NCBI GenBank assembly: GCA_963677835.2 | Contig: CAXXUX010000001.1 | Location: forward strand, 1,536,362-1,600,361 | DNA length: 64,000 nucleotides | From: an uncultured Saccharofermentans sp. | GTDB lineage: Bacteria > Bacillota > Clostridia > Saccharofermentanales > UBA5734 | Direction of reading: 5' to 3' | Shown here: positions 37,595 through 46,019 of the stretch, piece after piece | Position numbering within the stretch: position 1 is the stretch's first letter | Layout: the number at the start of each line of letters is the position of its first letter | Notes under the pieces: generated by a model | The model's input: the letters and a program-made list of their open reading frames with translations, nothing else | Database searches by the model: none | Told to the model about the DNA's origin: nothing | Position numbers and translations under genes: made by a program

Positions 37595-38995
37595 ATGAGC
37601 ACGTTGATTAAAAATGGCTGTATTCTGACTGCGGAAAATGAATACCAGGCTGATATTTTTATCGAAAATGAAAAGATCAGCATGATTGCAGATTCGATCA
37701 ATCTCGCGGCAGATACCGTTATTGACGCAAAAGGCAAATATGTTTTTCCCGGCGGCATTGACCAGCACACGCATTTTGACGCGCTGTGCAATTCCGGCGA
37801 CGAAAATACTTCAGGCTACGAGGCGACCGGATCGGTCATTGCCGGCGGCACGACGACCATTGTGGATTATGCGCCGCAAGATCCTGGCTGCGGCCTGATC
37901 GATTCGATTGATCGGCGGATCAACGAGCGGGCCAAAGGCCTGATCGCGGTGGACTTCGCCTTGCATGCCCTGGTTACGGAAGTGTCAGATAAAATATTCG
38001 ATGAACTTCCGCTGCTGGCAGCGCATGGCGTTCCTTCGATCAAGCTTTTCATGGCATACAAGGGCTCGCCGCTTTATGTGGATGACGGAACCTTGTACAA
38101 AACACTTCAAATGTCGACCGAATATGGCGTTACGGTCTTCGTGCATGCTGAAAATGCCGATATCATCAATCTAATGCAAAAACAGCTCGTATCCGAAGGG
38201 AAAACCGAACCCAAATACCACGCGGATTCAAGACCCCCCTTTGTTGAAGCTGAGGCGACACAGCGGGCGATCCTTCTGGCCAGGGCCGTCAACGCGCCCA
38301 TCCATATCGTGCATGTATCCTGCAAGGAAGCCCTGGATGCGATCCGTGATGCCCGTTCCCAAAATTTGCCGGTATTTGCCGAAAGCGTCACCCATCATCT
38401 GGTTTTAACCCGCGAAGAATTGGAGCGGCCTGATTTTGAAGGCGCAAAATATGTCTGTTCGCCGCCGCTAAGAGACAACAGCCATATCGACGCCTTGTGG
38501 GAAGGCCTTCGGAACAATTGGCTGCAAACCATTTCGTCCGACCATTGCGGCATCAACTTCAAAGTCATGAAACATTTTGGCGACGACGATTTTTCACAAA
38601 TCCCCAATGGCAGTCCAGGAGCGGCCGACCGGATGCATATGATCTGGACAAACGGCGTTGCCAAAGGAAAAATCAGCAGGCAACGGTTTGTCGAAGTGAC
38701 TTCGACAAATCCGGCCAAGATCAACGGCATCTATCCCAGAAAAGGTCAGATCGGCGTCGGCGCGGATGCGGATATTGTCATTTTCGACCCGGAGTACCGG
38801 GGCGTGGTCAAATTCAGCGACAACCCCAACGGCGTCGACTATAACGTCTATGAAGGCCGGGAGCAAATCGGCCGCAGCGAAAAGGTGTTGTTAAGAGGCA
38901 AGCTTGTCGTTGACAACGGAAAATTCATTGGCGAAATGGGGCAAGGCCAGTTTATTCCAGGCAAACCGTTTGGCTCTTGCTATCAAAACCTTTAA
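37595..38995 (+). CDS. dihydropyrimidinase / D-hydantoinase (cyclic amidohydrolase)
   Basis: 466 aa. Motifs GGIDQHTHFD, IKLFMAYKG (carbamylated Lys region), VHAEN, IVHVS, FEGAKYVCSPPLR, SSDH, ADADIVIFD. Confidence 0.85.
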   Translation: MSTLIKNGCILTAENEYQADIFIENEKISMIADSINLAADTVIDAKGKYVFPGGIDQHTHFDALCNSGDENTSGYEATGSVIAGGTTTIVDYAPQDPGCGLIDSIDRRINERAKGLIAVDFALHALVTEVSDKIFDELPLLAAHGVPSIKLFMAYKGSPLYVDDGTLYKTLQMSTEYGVTVFVHAENADIINLMQKQLVSEGKTEPKYHADSRPPFVEAEATQRAILLARAVNAPIHIVHVSCKEALDAIRDARSQNLPVFAESVTHHLVLTREELERPDFEGAKYVCSPPLRDNSHIDALWEGLRNNWLQTISSDHCGINFKVMKHFGDDDFSQIPNGSPGAADRMHMIWTNGVAKGKISRQRFVEVTSTNPAKINGIYPRKGQIGVGADADIVIFDPEYRGVVKFSDNPNGVDYNVYEGREQIGRSEKVLLRGKLVVDNGKFIGEMGQGQFIPGKPFGSCYQNL

Positions 38996-39028
38996 ATTGC
39001 AGACCGGTCTTTAAGGTGGTGCGCATTG

Positions 39029-39676
39029 ATGAAAGAGACAACAATCCAGAAAATCAGAGCCGGTAAAATCGTGGCCATTTTCCGCAGGGTGGAATTGGAA
39101 CAGGTGGAAGCTGCAGCTCAGGCGTTAATATCGGGCGGCCTCTCGCTGATTGAAGTGGCGCTGGATCATAAAAGCGCCGAAGGCCGGGAAAATGCGCTGC
39201 AAGCCATCAAGCTGCTGCAAAGCACTTTCAAAGACCGCGTCTTAGTCGGAGCGGGCACCATATTGTCGGAGGAAGACGTGCAAATGGCTTGCGACGCGGG
39301 CGCCCGATACATCATATCTCCCGATACGAACGAAAAAGTCATCAAATGCTGCAACCGGCTGGGCGTCGTATCCATGCCGGGCGCGTTGACTCCCAGTGAA
39401 ATCACGAAAGCGTTCGAATATGGCGCCGATATCGTCAAACTTTTCCCGGCAGGGGAAATGGGCGTCGATTATACGAAAGCAATCATGGCGCCGCTGGGAC
39501 ATCTTCCGCTCGTGGCCGTTGGCGGAATCAACGAAACCAACATCGGTAAATTCATGCAAAGCGGCGTCATTGGCGTTGGCGTCGGCTCCAACCTGGTCAA
39601 TGGCAGCTTGATCAAGGCTGGACGTTTTGAAGAATTGGCCGCCCTTGCGCAGTCGTTTTTCAAGCAGCTCCAGTAG
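39029..39676 (+). CDS. eda: KDPG / 4-hydroxy-2-oxoglutarate aldolase family protein
   Basis: The ATG at 39029 follows AAGGTGGTG. Motifs IVAIFR, IEVAL, GAGTIL, VKLFPAG (Schiff-base Lys region). Confidence 0.75.
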   Translation: MKETTIQKIRAGKIVAIFRRVELEQVEAAAQALISGGLSLIEVALDHKSAEGRENALQAIKLLQSTFKDRVLVGAGTILSEEDVQMACDAGARYIISPDTNEKVIKCCNRLGVVSMPGALTPSEITKAFEYGADIVKLFPAGEMGVDYTKAIMAPLGHLPLVAVGGINETNIGKFMQSGVIGVGVGSNLVNGSLIKAGRFEELAALAQSFFKQLQ

Positions 39677-39712
39677 TTCGACACCCATCAAGTTAAAATT
39701 CTGGAGGAGAAA

Positions 39713-40969
39713 ATGGAAAATAAATATAATCCTTATCAGCAAATGCTATCCATCTTGGATCAGGCCGCCGAAAAACTCGGATTGGCTCAGGATGATTACA
39801 TTGTATTGAAATATCCGGAACGGGAACTGAAAGTCGCTGTTCCGGTCGAAATGGATGACGGAACCTTGAAGGTGTTTACCGGATACCGGATCCAGCATTC
39901 AAGCTCGCGCGGCCCCTGTAAAGGCGGCATCCGCTACCATCCCAGCGTCGATCCGGATGAAGTCAAGGCTTTGGCAGCCTGGATGACCTGGAAATGCGCA
40001 GTAGTCAACATCCCTTACGGCGGGGCCAAAGGCGGGATCGAAGTCGATCCGTCCACCCTGAGCACCAAAGAATTGTCGAGGCTGACCCGGCGCTACACCG
40101 CGGCAATTTTGCCGATATTAGGCCCTGAACGGGATATCCCGGCGCCGGACGTCAATACGGACGCGCGGATCATGGGCTGGATCATGGACACCTACAGCAT
40201 GTTCAAAGGGTATGCGGTGCCTGGCGTTGTCACCGGGAAGCCGATCGAGATCGGCGGGTCGCTTGGCCGCAAGGAGGCAACTGGCCGCGGCGTCACGATT
40301 GTCACGGAAGAGATTGCCTTCCGCGCAGGGTTGCCGATCCAGAAGGCCAAAATAGCGATTCAGGGATTTGGCAAGGTCGGCAGCACGGCGGCAGAATTGT
40401 TTTATGAGAAAGGCTACAACGTTGTTGCCATCAACGATGTGAATTGCGGCCTTTATAATGAAAAAGGGCTGAATATTGCCGAAGTGCTGAAGCACGTGCA
40501 GAACTGCGGGACAATCAAGGGCTATACGGAAAAAGGGATTAAAGAGATCAACAATGAAGAGCTCTTGACGATGGATGTCGACATCCTGGTTCCGGCGGCC
40601 ATGGAAAATCAGATTACGGCAGAAATCGCGAAGCAGATCAAAGCCAAAATCATTGTCGAAGGCGCCAATGGCCCGACAACGACCGAAGCCGATGCCATCC
40701 TGAACGAAAAAGGCATCATTGTCGTTCCGGACATTTTAGCCAATGCCGGCGGCGTTGTCGTATCCTATTTCGAGTGGGTGCAAAACCTCCAGGCCATTTT
40801 CTGGGACGTGCATGAAGTCAATTCCATGCTCAAGAAAATCATGCTAAAAGCCTTTGATGACGTCTACCAGCTGTCCTGCGAGAAAAACGAATCCCTGCGC
40901 ATTTCAGCTTATATGGTTGCCCTTGACCGTGTGGTCAAAGCCAAAAAGATTAGAGGGGTATTCCCTTAA
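39713..40969 (+). CDS. gdhA: Glu/Leu/Phe/Val dehydrogenase, glutamate dehydrogenase-like
   Basis: 418 aa, RBS GGAGGAG. Motifs CKGGIRYHP, PYGGAKGG, GFGKVG. Confidence 0.85.
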   Translation: MENKYNPYQQMLSILDQAAEKLGLAQDDYIVLKYPERELKVAVPVEMDDGTLKVFTGYRIQHSSSRGPCKGGIRYHPSVDPDEVKALAAWMTWKCAVVNIPYGGAKGGIEVDPSTLSTKELSRLTRRYTAAILPILGPERDIPAPDVNTDARIMGWIMDTYSMFKGYAVPGVVTGKPIEIGGSLGRKEATGRGVTIVTEEIAFRAGLPIQKAKIAIQGFGKVGSTAAELFYEKGYNVVAINDVNCGLYNEKGLNIAEVLKHVQNCGTIKGYTEKGIKEINNEELLTMDVDILVPAAMENQITAEIAKQIKAKIIVEGANGPTTTEADAILNEKGIIVVPDILANAGGVVVSYFEWVQNLQAIFWDVHEVNSMLKKIMLKAFDDVYQLSCEKNESLRISAYMVALDRVVKAKKIRGVFP

Positions 40970-41021
40970 TCGCATAGATCCTCCTAAATCCGGCTGATAT
41001 TCAGCCAATCCTCCGTACCAG

Positions 41022-41068
41022 GCGGCCTGCATGTTTAATTGGCTCATGCAGGCCGCTATTTATTTTTC
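41022..41068 (+). terminator. intrinsic terminator (12-bp stem GCGGCCTGCATG/CATGCAGGCCGC plus T-tract)
   Basis: A perfect stem with an 11-nt loop, followed by TATTTATTTTTC. It ends the hydantoin-type operon. Confidence 0.75.
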
Positions 41069-41089
41069 TATCTAAACCGGAAGCAGGGC

Positions 41090-41117
41090 TTGACAATCAC
41101 TATTCGAATGATAATAT
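41090..41117 (+). promoter_or_regulatory. predicted promoter TTGACA-16-TAATAT (TG-extended)
   Basis: Read directly. It is followed immediately by a GGTATATAT motif and a leader of about 230 nt before the first gene. Confidence 0.5.
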
Positions 41118-41354
41118 GGTATATATGAGGTTAAAACTTGTCCATGTCATATACATAAGACAAAAAGATGGCGACTAAAATTGACCTGAAATTTTCATCA
41201 CAAAACCGGACTGCAGACCAGATCTGAAAGACCATTTAGCCAGAGTCACTGTTTGATGTAGACGGAACTGTCACTTCGTCAACAACGGACTGCTGTTGTT
41301 GTGTACAAATCTGCATCTGAAATAGATCCATTGAAAGGGCAAGAAGGAGAAATT

Positions 41355-42185
41355 ATGAAGCTTTCATTTTTTACGGCAAGTCTTGCGCGTTATCCGCTGG
41401 AAAAATGTTTTCAGGTTGCAGCCGACTGCCAATTTGAAGGCGTTGAAATTTGGGGCGGCCGGCCCCACGCCTTTGCGCCGGACTTGAAAGACGGCGATAT
41501 CAATCATTTAAACCAGCTGGCCAAAGACTACAATCTGCCAATTATCGCTTTCGAGCCGGAACAGCCCGTCCATCCTTATAGCATCATGCATCGCAATGAA
41601 AAATGGCGCAAAGAAAGCATGGAATATTTCAGGATTTGCCTGGAGATGACCAAAGCCATGAACGCCAATCTGATGGTCATGGCGCCGCAGCATCCAGGTT
41701 ACGGCACGGATGGTGAAGAGAACTGGAAAATCATGATCGAAGGTTTGCATGAACTGGCAGAATTCGCTGAGAAAATCGGGACGATCCTGTGTTTGGAAAC
41801 CATAACGCAGTATGAAGGAAATCTCCTGACCCGCGCCGATGACTTGGTCCGGGCCATGCGTGAGCTTAAATCGCCCAATGTCAAGGGCATGCTGGATCTG
41901 GTTGCGCCGCTGACCATGGCTGAGCCGGCGTCTGAATACTTTGAAAAACTGGGTGCGGACATGATCCATATTCATCTTGTGGATGGCAATATCAACCATG
42001 AAGATCACTTGATCGCCGGCGACGGCGTCATCCCTTTTGTTGAAACGCTTGAAATGATCGATTCGTATGGCTACCAAGGTTATGGCAGTCTCGAAATCTT
42101 CCAGGAATACAGGATTGATCCGGTCCTGTTTACCAAAAAAGCCGTCCGGGCTGTCCGCGAATGCCAGGCCCAAATGAACAAATAA
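41355..42185 (+). CDS. xylose-isomerase-fold TIM-barrel sugar epimerase, fructoselysine 3-epimerase (FrlC)-like
   Basis: The ATG at 41355 follows AAGGAG. Motif GVEIWGGRPHAFAPDL resembles E. coli FrlC as I recall it. 276 aa. Confidence 0.65.
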   Translation: MKLSFFTASLARYPLEKCFQVAADCQFEGVEIWGGRPHAFAPDLKDGDINHLNQLAKDYNLPIIAFEPEQPVHPYSIMHRNEKWRKESMEYFRICLEMTKAMNANLMVMAPQHPGYGTDGEENWKIMIEGLHELAEFAEKIGTILCLETITQYEGNLLTRADDLVRAMRELKSPNVKGMLDLVAPLTMAEPASEYFEKLGADMIHIHLVDGNINHEDHLIAGDGVIPFVETLEMIDSYGYQGYGSLEIFQEYRIDPVLFTKKAVRAVRECQAQMNK

Positions 42186-42215
42186 TTTTAGCTTAAGGAT
42201 CATAGGAGAAGAAAT

Positions 42216-43100
42216 ATGGCATCATCTATTGACGTGAAAAAGCTCTATCAATGGTGCAGCATCCCAGCTGCCGATCTTGAAAACCATCCGGATTCGAAAA
42301 TTAAATTGAAGGTATTTGCCAGAAAAAATGATGTTTCGTCCCTGGTCGGCAACATGATGGCCGATGAGGTCATCGCAAACAACAAAATCGGCGCCTGTAC
42401 ACGATGGATTCTGCCGGCCGGCCCGATGGCCCAGTATGAAATATTCATCGATCGGGTCAATCACGAACGAATCAGCCTGGAAAATGTTTATGCGTTCCAT
42501 ATGGACGATTTTCTGGATTGGCAAGGGCGGCCTTACCCGGTTGTGAACAATTACTTCAGTCTAAAAGCCAATATGCTTGCGGATTTCTATGGCAAAATCG
42601 ACCCAAAACTTACCATTCCGGAAGAAAACCGGTTTTTCCCCGATATCAACAACATAGACTTGCTTGATAAAAAGATTGAAGAACTGGGCGGGGTCGATAC
42701 GGTTTGGGCCGGTCTTGGCTACAAGGGGCTGGTTGCGTTTTGCGAAGCGCCGAACTCGCCTTATATCGCCATTACCGAGGAAGAATATGCGAATTCCAGG
42801 ACCCGGATCGTCCATTTGAACGAGGACACCCTGATTGCCTGCAGTGAGCGGGATGTGGGCGGCCTGGTCCAAGCCATACCGCCGATGGCGATCACCATCG
42901 GCTTCAAGTCGATGCTTGCGGCGAAACGCGCCGTATTCATTGTCACCACAGGATCCTGGAAACGTACGGCGATCAGGATGTTGATGTTCAGCGAGCCGAC
43001 TCTTGAATATCCGGCCACACTGTTTCCCAAATATATTCCCGAAGTCATCGCGGTTTGCGATGAAAATACCGCGGAACCCCCGCTAAATGGCCAATTTTAA
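42216..43100 (+). CDS. glucosamine-6-phosphate deaminase/isomerase (NagB)-fold protein, divergent
   Basis: 294 aa. ILPAGP, FHMDDF (cf. NagB FNMDEY) and GLGYKGLVAFCEAP (cf. NagB GVGNDGHIAFNEP). Confidence 0.65.
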   Translation: MASSIDVKKLYQWCSIPAADLENHPDSKIKLKVFARKNDVSSLVGNMMADEVIANNKIGACTRWILPAGPMAQYEIFIDRVNHERISLENVYAFHMDDFLDWQGRPYPVVNNYFSLKANMLADFYGKIDPKLTIPEENRFFPDINNIDLLDKKIEELGGVDTVWAGLGYKGLVAFCEAPNSPYIAITEEEYANSRTRIVHLNEDTLIACSERDVGGLVQAIPPMAITIGFKSMLAAKRAVFIVTTGSWKRTAIRMLMFSEPTLEYPATLFPKYIPEVIAVCDENTAEPPLNGQF

Positions 43101-43133
43101 CATTAATTTTTGGGGGAGGAGCATGACTTAAAG

Positions 43134-44120
43134 ATGAATAACGTCCCTGATGTCATTGTTGTCAACGGGCATGGACTGGGCGAGTACTGTAATGTTAAAA
43201 GGATCCCGGTTGCCGGTGAAACCTGCAGGGCCTACAATCGGCACTTCGAGATGGATGCCGGCAAAGGGACTAATGTTGCCTGCGCGATAGGCCGCCTTGG
43301 CGAAAAGGTTGCCTTTATCGGCAAAGGCGGAGACGATGAAGGCGGCAGGCTGGGGACAGTCTGGATGGGCGAATCGCATGTCGATCTGACGCACTACCTG
43401 ATTGATCCGAATGTCGTGACCAACTTGGGATTATGCATTATTGCCGAGAACGGCGAAAATATGCTGCTGGATTTTGATGATGACAAAAACGCCATGACGC
43501 TGGAAGAAACAGATGAGCATATCCGGCAATGCATTGGCGCCAGGTTCATGACAACCGGATTTGGCGTTCCGGTCAAAACCGCCCTTTATGCCGTGACACT
43601 GGCTAAACGGCTTGGCATGTTCACCCTGATGAATGCCAGCCCGCTGCAAGATGATGTGGTTTTACCAAAGATGCCGGATTTGGATGTCCTGGTTGTCAAT
43701 GAAACGGAGGCGGCCCTGCTTTTGGGCCTTCCTAAAGATTCTGGCCAGCCGCCGCCGGAATTGGCCAAAATGCTGCGTGAAAAATATGAATGCCAAAACG
43801 TCATCATTACACTTGGCGCCCAGGGAAGTGCCGCGGCTTCCAAAGATGAGGAATGGTCGATCGAGCCGACAATCGTTGACATGGTCGATGAAACAGGCGC
43901 TGGCGACGGTTATCTGGCAGCGGTCACGGTGTGCCTTTTATGGGGAAGAAGCCTCTATGAGGCGATGCAATGGGCAAGCGTCTACTCAGCCTATCTGGTG
44001 ACATTGCCGGGATCGCTTGCCTGTTACCCGACAATCGACAAGATCGCTGGGATTTTCAAGTCTTTGGGCCAACAGGAGCTGCTTATTAATAAAAACAATT
44101 TGGAGGAACAACATGGGTAA
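43134..44120 (+). CDS. PfkB-family (ribokinase-like) carbohydrate kinase
   Basis: The ATG at 43134 lies downstream of GGGGGAGGAG. Motifs GKGTNVACAIGRLG and DETGAGDGYLAA. Confidence 0.8.
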   Translation: MNNVPDVIVVNGHGLGEYCNVKRIPVAGETCRAYNRHFEMDAGKGTNVACAIGRLGEKVAFIGKGGDDEGGRLGTVWMGESHVDLTHYLIDPNVVTNLGLCIIAENGENMLLDFDDDKNAMTLEETDEHIRQCIGARFMTTGFGVPVKTALYAVTLAKRLGMFTLMNASPLQDDVVLPKMPDLDVLVVNETEAALLLGLPKDSGQPPPELAKMLREKYECQNVIITLGAQGSAAASKDEEWSIEPTIVDMVDETGAGDGYLAAVTVCLLWGRSLYEAMQWASVYSAYLVTLPGSLACYPTIDKIAGIFKSLGQQELLINKNNLEEQHG

Positions 44121-45015
44121 ACATTTTGTCGAAGGTCTGGTTACCGAAACGATTGCGTCTTTTTTTGATGACGGTTCGGTTGATTACGACACAACGGGGG
44201 ACCTGTTCACTTTCCAGGTCGAAAAAGGAGCAAACGGCCTGTTTGTCAATGGTTTGGGCGATGAAGCTTTTTCGCTCAGCCTTGAGGAAAGGGCGAACAT
44301 TGTCAAGGTCGCCGTTGGCCGCTGCCAGAACACCCCGGTAAAAGTCATTGCCGGCGTGATGGTCAACTGGTCCGGCGAAGGGCTAAAACTGATCGAAATG
44401 TATGAAAAGACCGGCTGTGATGCCATCTGCATAGCGGCTCCGCCTTTTTTTGAATGTACCGAGGACGCGCTTTTCGAATATTTTTCAACTTTGATCGGAT
44501 CGACGAGATTGCCGGTTTACCTTTATAACTGCCGCGAAATGGGAACCCTGGTTTCGCCCAGGCTGCTTGGCAAGCTGGCCCGCACTTTTCACAATCTGCG
44601 CGGCTATAAGGATGCGACACGCAATACGGTTCATCTGCTTCAATGCATGATGGAGGTCGCCAATGATGATTTTGACTTTTTATGCGGCTGTGACGGCAGC
44701 TTTTTCATGCACATGATGGTCGGCGGCTGCGGGACGGTTTCCTTTCTCGCGGTTCCTTTCCCGACCGAGGTAAAAGACATTTATACATACTACAAGCAGG
44801 GCGAAATTGAAAAATCCAAGGCAGCCCAGGAAAAAGTGCTCAAATTGCGCTCGGCGCTTCAAAACTCGCCAAACAGCGCGGCATATATGTATGCCCAAAA
44901 ATATACCGGAGGACCATTTGCCCGCAACACGCGCCTGCCCATGGCCATGATCGCGATGGAAGAGGAAGAAATGGCAAAATTGGACCGGATTGCCAAAGAA
45001 CTGGAAATTGGCTGA
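44113..45015 (+). CDS. DapA/NanA-family (class I, Schiff-base) aldolase
   Basis: The ATG at 44113 follows GGAGG and overlaps the kinase stop by 8 nt. Motifs GLFVNGLGDEAFSLS, YLYN, and GYKDAT (catalytic Lys region). Confidence 0.75.
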   Translation: MGKHFVEGLVTETIASFFDDGSVDYDTTGDLFTFQVEKGANGLFVNGLGDEAFSLSLEERANIVKVAVGRCQNTPVKVIAGVMVNWSGEGLKLIEMYEKTGCDAICIAAPPFFECTEDALFEYFSTLIGSTRLPVYLYNCREMGTLVSPRLLGKLARTFHNLRGYKDATRNTVHLLQCMMEVANDDFDFLCGCDGSFFMHMMVGGCGTVSFLAVPFPTEVKDIYTYYKQGEIEKSKAAQEKVLKLRSALQNSPNSAAYMYAQKYTGGPFARNTRLPMAMIAMEEEEMAKLDRIAKELEIG

Positions 45016-45058
45016 ATTTGTCCTCAAGAACATGAAAAAACGCGGGGAGGCGCCTGAA

Positions 45059-45999
45059 ATGCCGGATATTCCAGATATTGTCGTTGTCAACGGGCATGGC
45101 CTTGGCGAATATTGCACTGTCAAGCGAATTCCATTGAAAGGTGAAACGGCGCTTCCTTATAACCGCCATTTTGAGATGGATGCCGGCAAGGGGACCAATG
45201 CCGCAATCGTCATCGCCAGGCTGGGCGGCAAGGTTGCTTTTGTCGGCAAGGCTGGTATGGATGAAGGCGGGAAGCTCGGCGAAAATGGATGGGCGAATCA
45301 GGGGTTGATTTAACGCACTACATTTTGGATCCAAACGTCGAAACGAATCTTGGCTTGGTCATCATTGCCGAAAACGGCGAGAATATGATTCTGAATTTTG
45401 ACGACGACAAAAACGCGATTGCCAAGGACGAGCTGGAAAAGCATCTGAGGCAATGCGCGGGGGCAAAGTATCTGGTCACCGGATTTGAAATCCCGGTTGA
45501 AACATCATTATTCGCGGCCCGGCTGGCCAAAGAAATGGGCCTGTTTGTCCTGATGAATCCAAGTCCGATCGATGAAGCTGTTGAGCTGCCGGAAATGCCG
45601 TTTGTGGATTTGCTTTGTGTTAACGAGACGGAAGCCTGCATTTTGTTAAAACTAAAGCTGCAGGAGGAGCAGGATTGGCAAAAGATGGCGCAAGCGCTCC
45701 GGGAACATTTCAAATGCCCAAACGCCGTCATCACGCTTGGCAAGAAGGGCAGCGCAGCGGCATCTTCTGCGGGGACCTGGGCCGTCGCTCCGACACCGGT
45801 TGTGATGGTGGACGAAAGCGGCGCCGGCGACGGATACCTCGCAGCTTTAACGCTAAATCTCAGTTGGGGGAAACCCTTGCGTGAAGCGATGGAATGGGCC
45901 AGCAAATACTGCGCTTATCTGGTCACACAAAAAGGCTCGATTGCCATCTATCCATACCTGGATCAAATGGAGGGCATCTTTGCCAGACTCAAGAATTAA
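45059..45999 (+). pseudogene. second PfkB-family kinase, paralog of 43134-44120, interrupted by a 1-nt frameshift near 45281-45288
   Basis: ORF 44990-45313 encodes the N-terminal 85 or so residues (PDIVVVNGHGLGEYC...GKGTN...GGKLGE). ORF 45289-45999, in another frame, continues (W)MGESGVDLTHY... colinear with the paralog (GGRLGTVWMGESHVDLTHY). The junction is GGCGAAAATGG. Confidence 0.7.
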
Positions 46000-46019
46000 A
46001 AAACAGGAGGTAGTATCAA

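Noticed and set aside
31852-38995. Reading the cluster as an allantoin pathway (AllB allantoinase, HpxA racemase, AllC allantoate amidohydrolase, PucG-like aminotransferase)
   Set aside because: The cyclic amidohydrolase carries D-hydantoinase/dihydropyrimidinase-type blocks (IKLFMAYKG, FEGAKYVCSPPLR, DFSQIPNG) rather than the allantoinase pattern I recall. The aminotransferase is class I rather than the class V PucG type. This reading is not fully excluded without a search.
41280-41301. Hairpin CAACAACGG-actg-CTGTTGTTG as a terminator/attenuator
   Set aside because: No T-tract follows it (TGTACAAATCTG), so it is not a convincing intrinsic terminator. It is kept only as part of the long-leader observation.
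41508-42203. 231-aa minus-strand ORF, and similar antisense ORFs at 24204-24839, 36754-37335, 35256-35849 and 62608-63195
   Set aside because: All lie antisense within CDSs that have clear family motifs. I treat them as frame artefacts.
45289-45999. Treating ORF 45289-45999 as an independent gene, or the break as programmed frameshifting
   Set aside because: The homologous N-terminal domain continues upstream in another frame, so this is one disrupted gene. The junction GGCGAAAATGG is not a canonical X XXY YYZ slippery site, and I saw no obvious downstream stimulatory structure.
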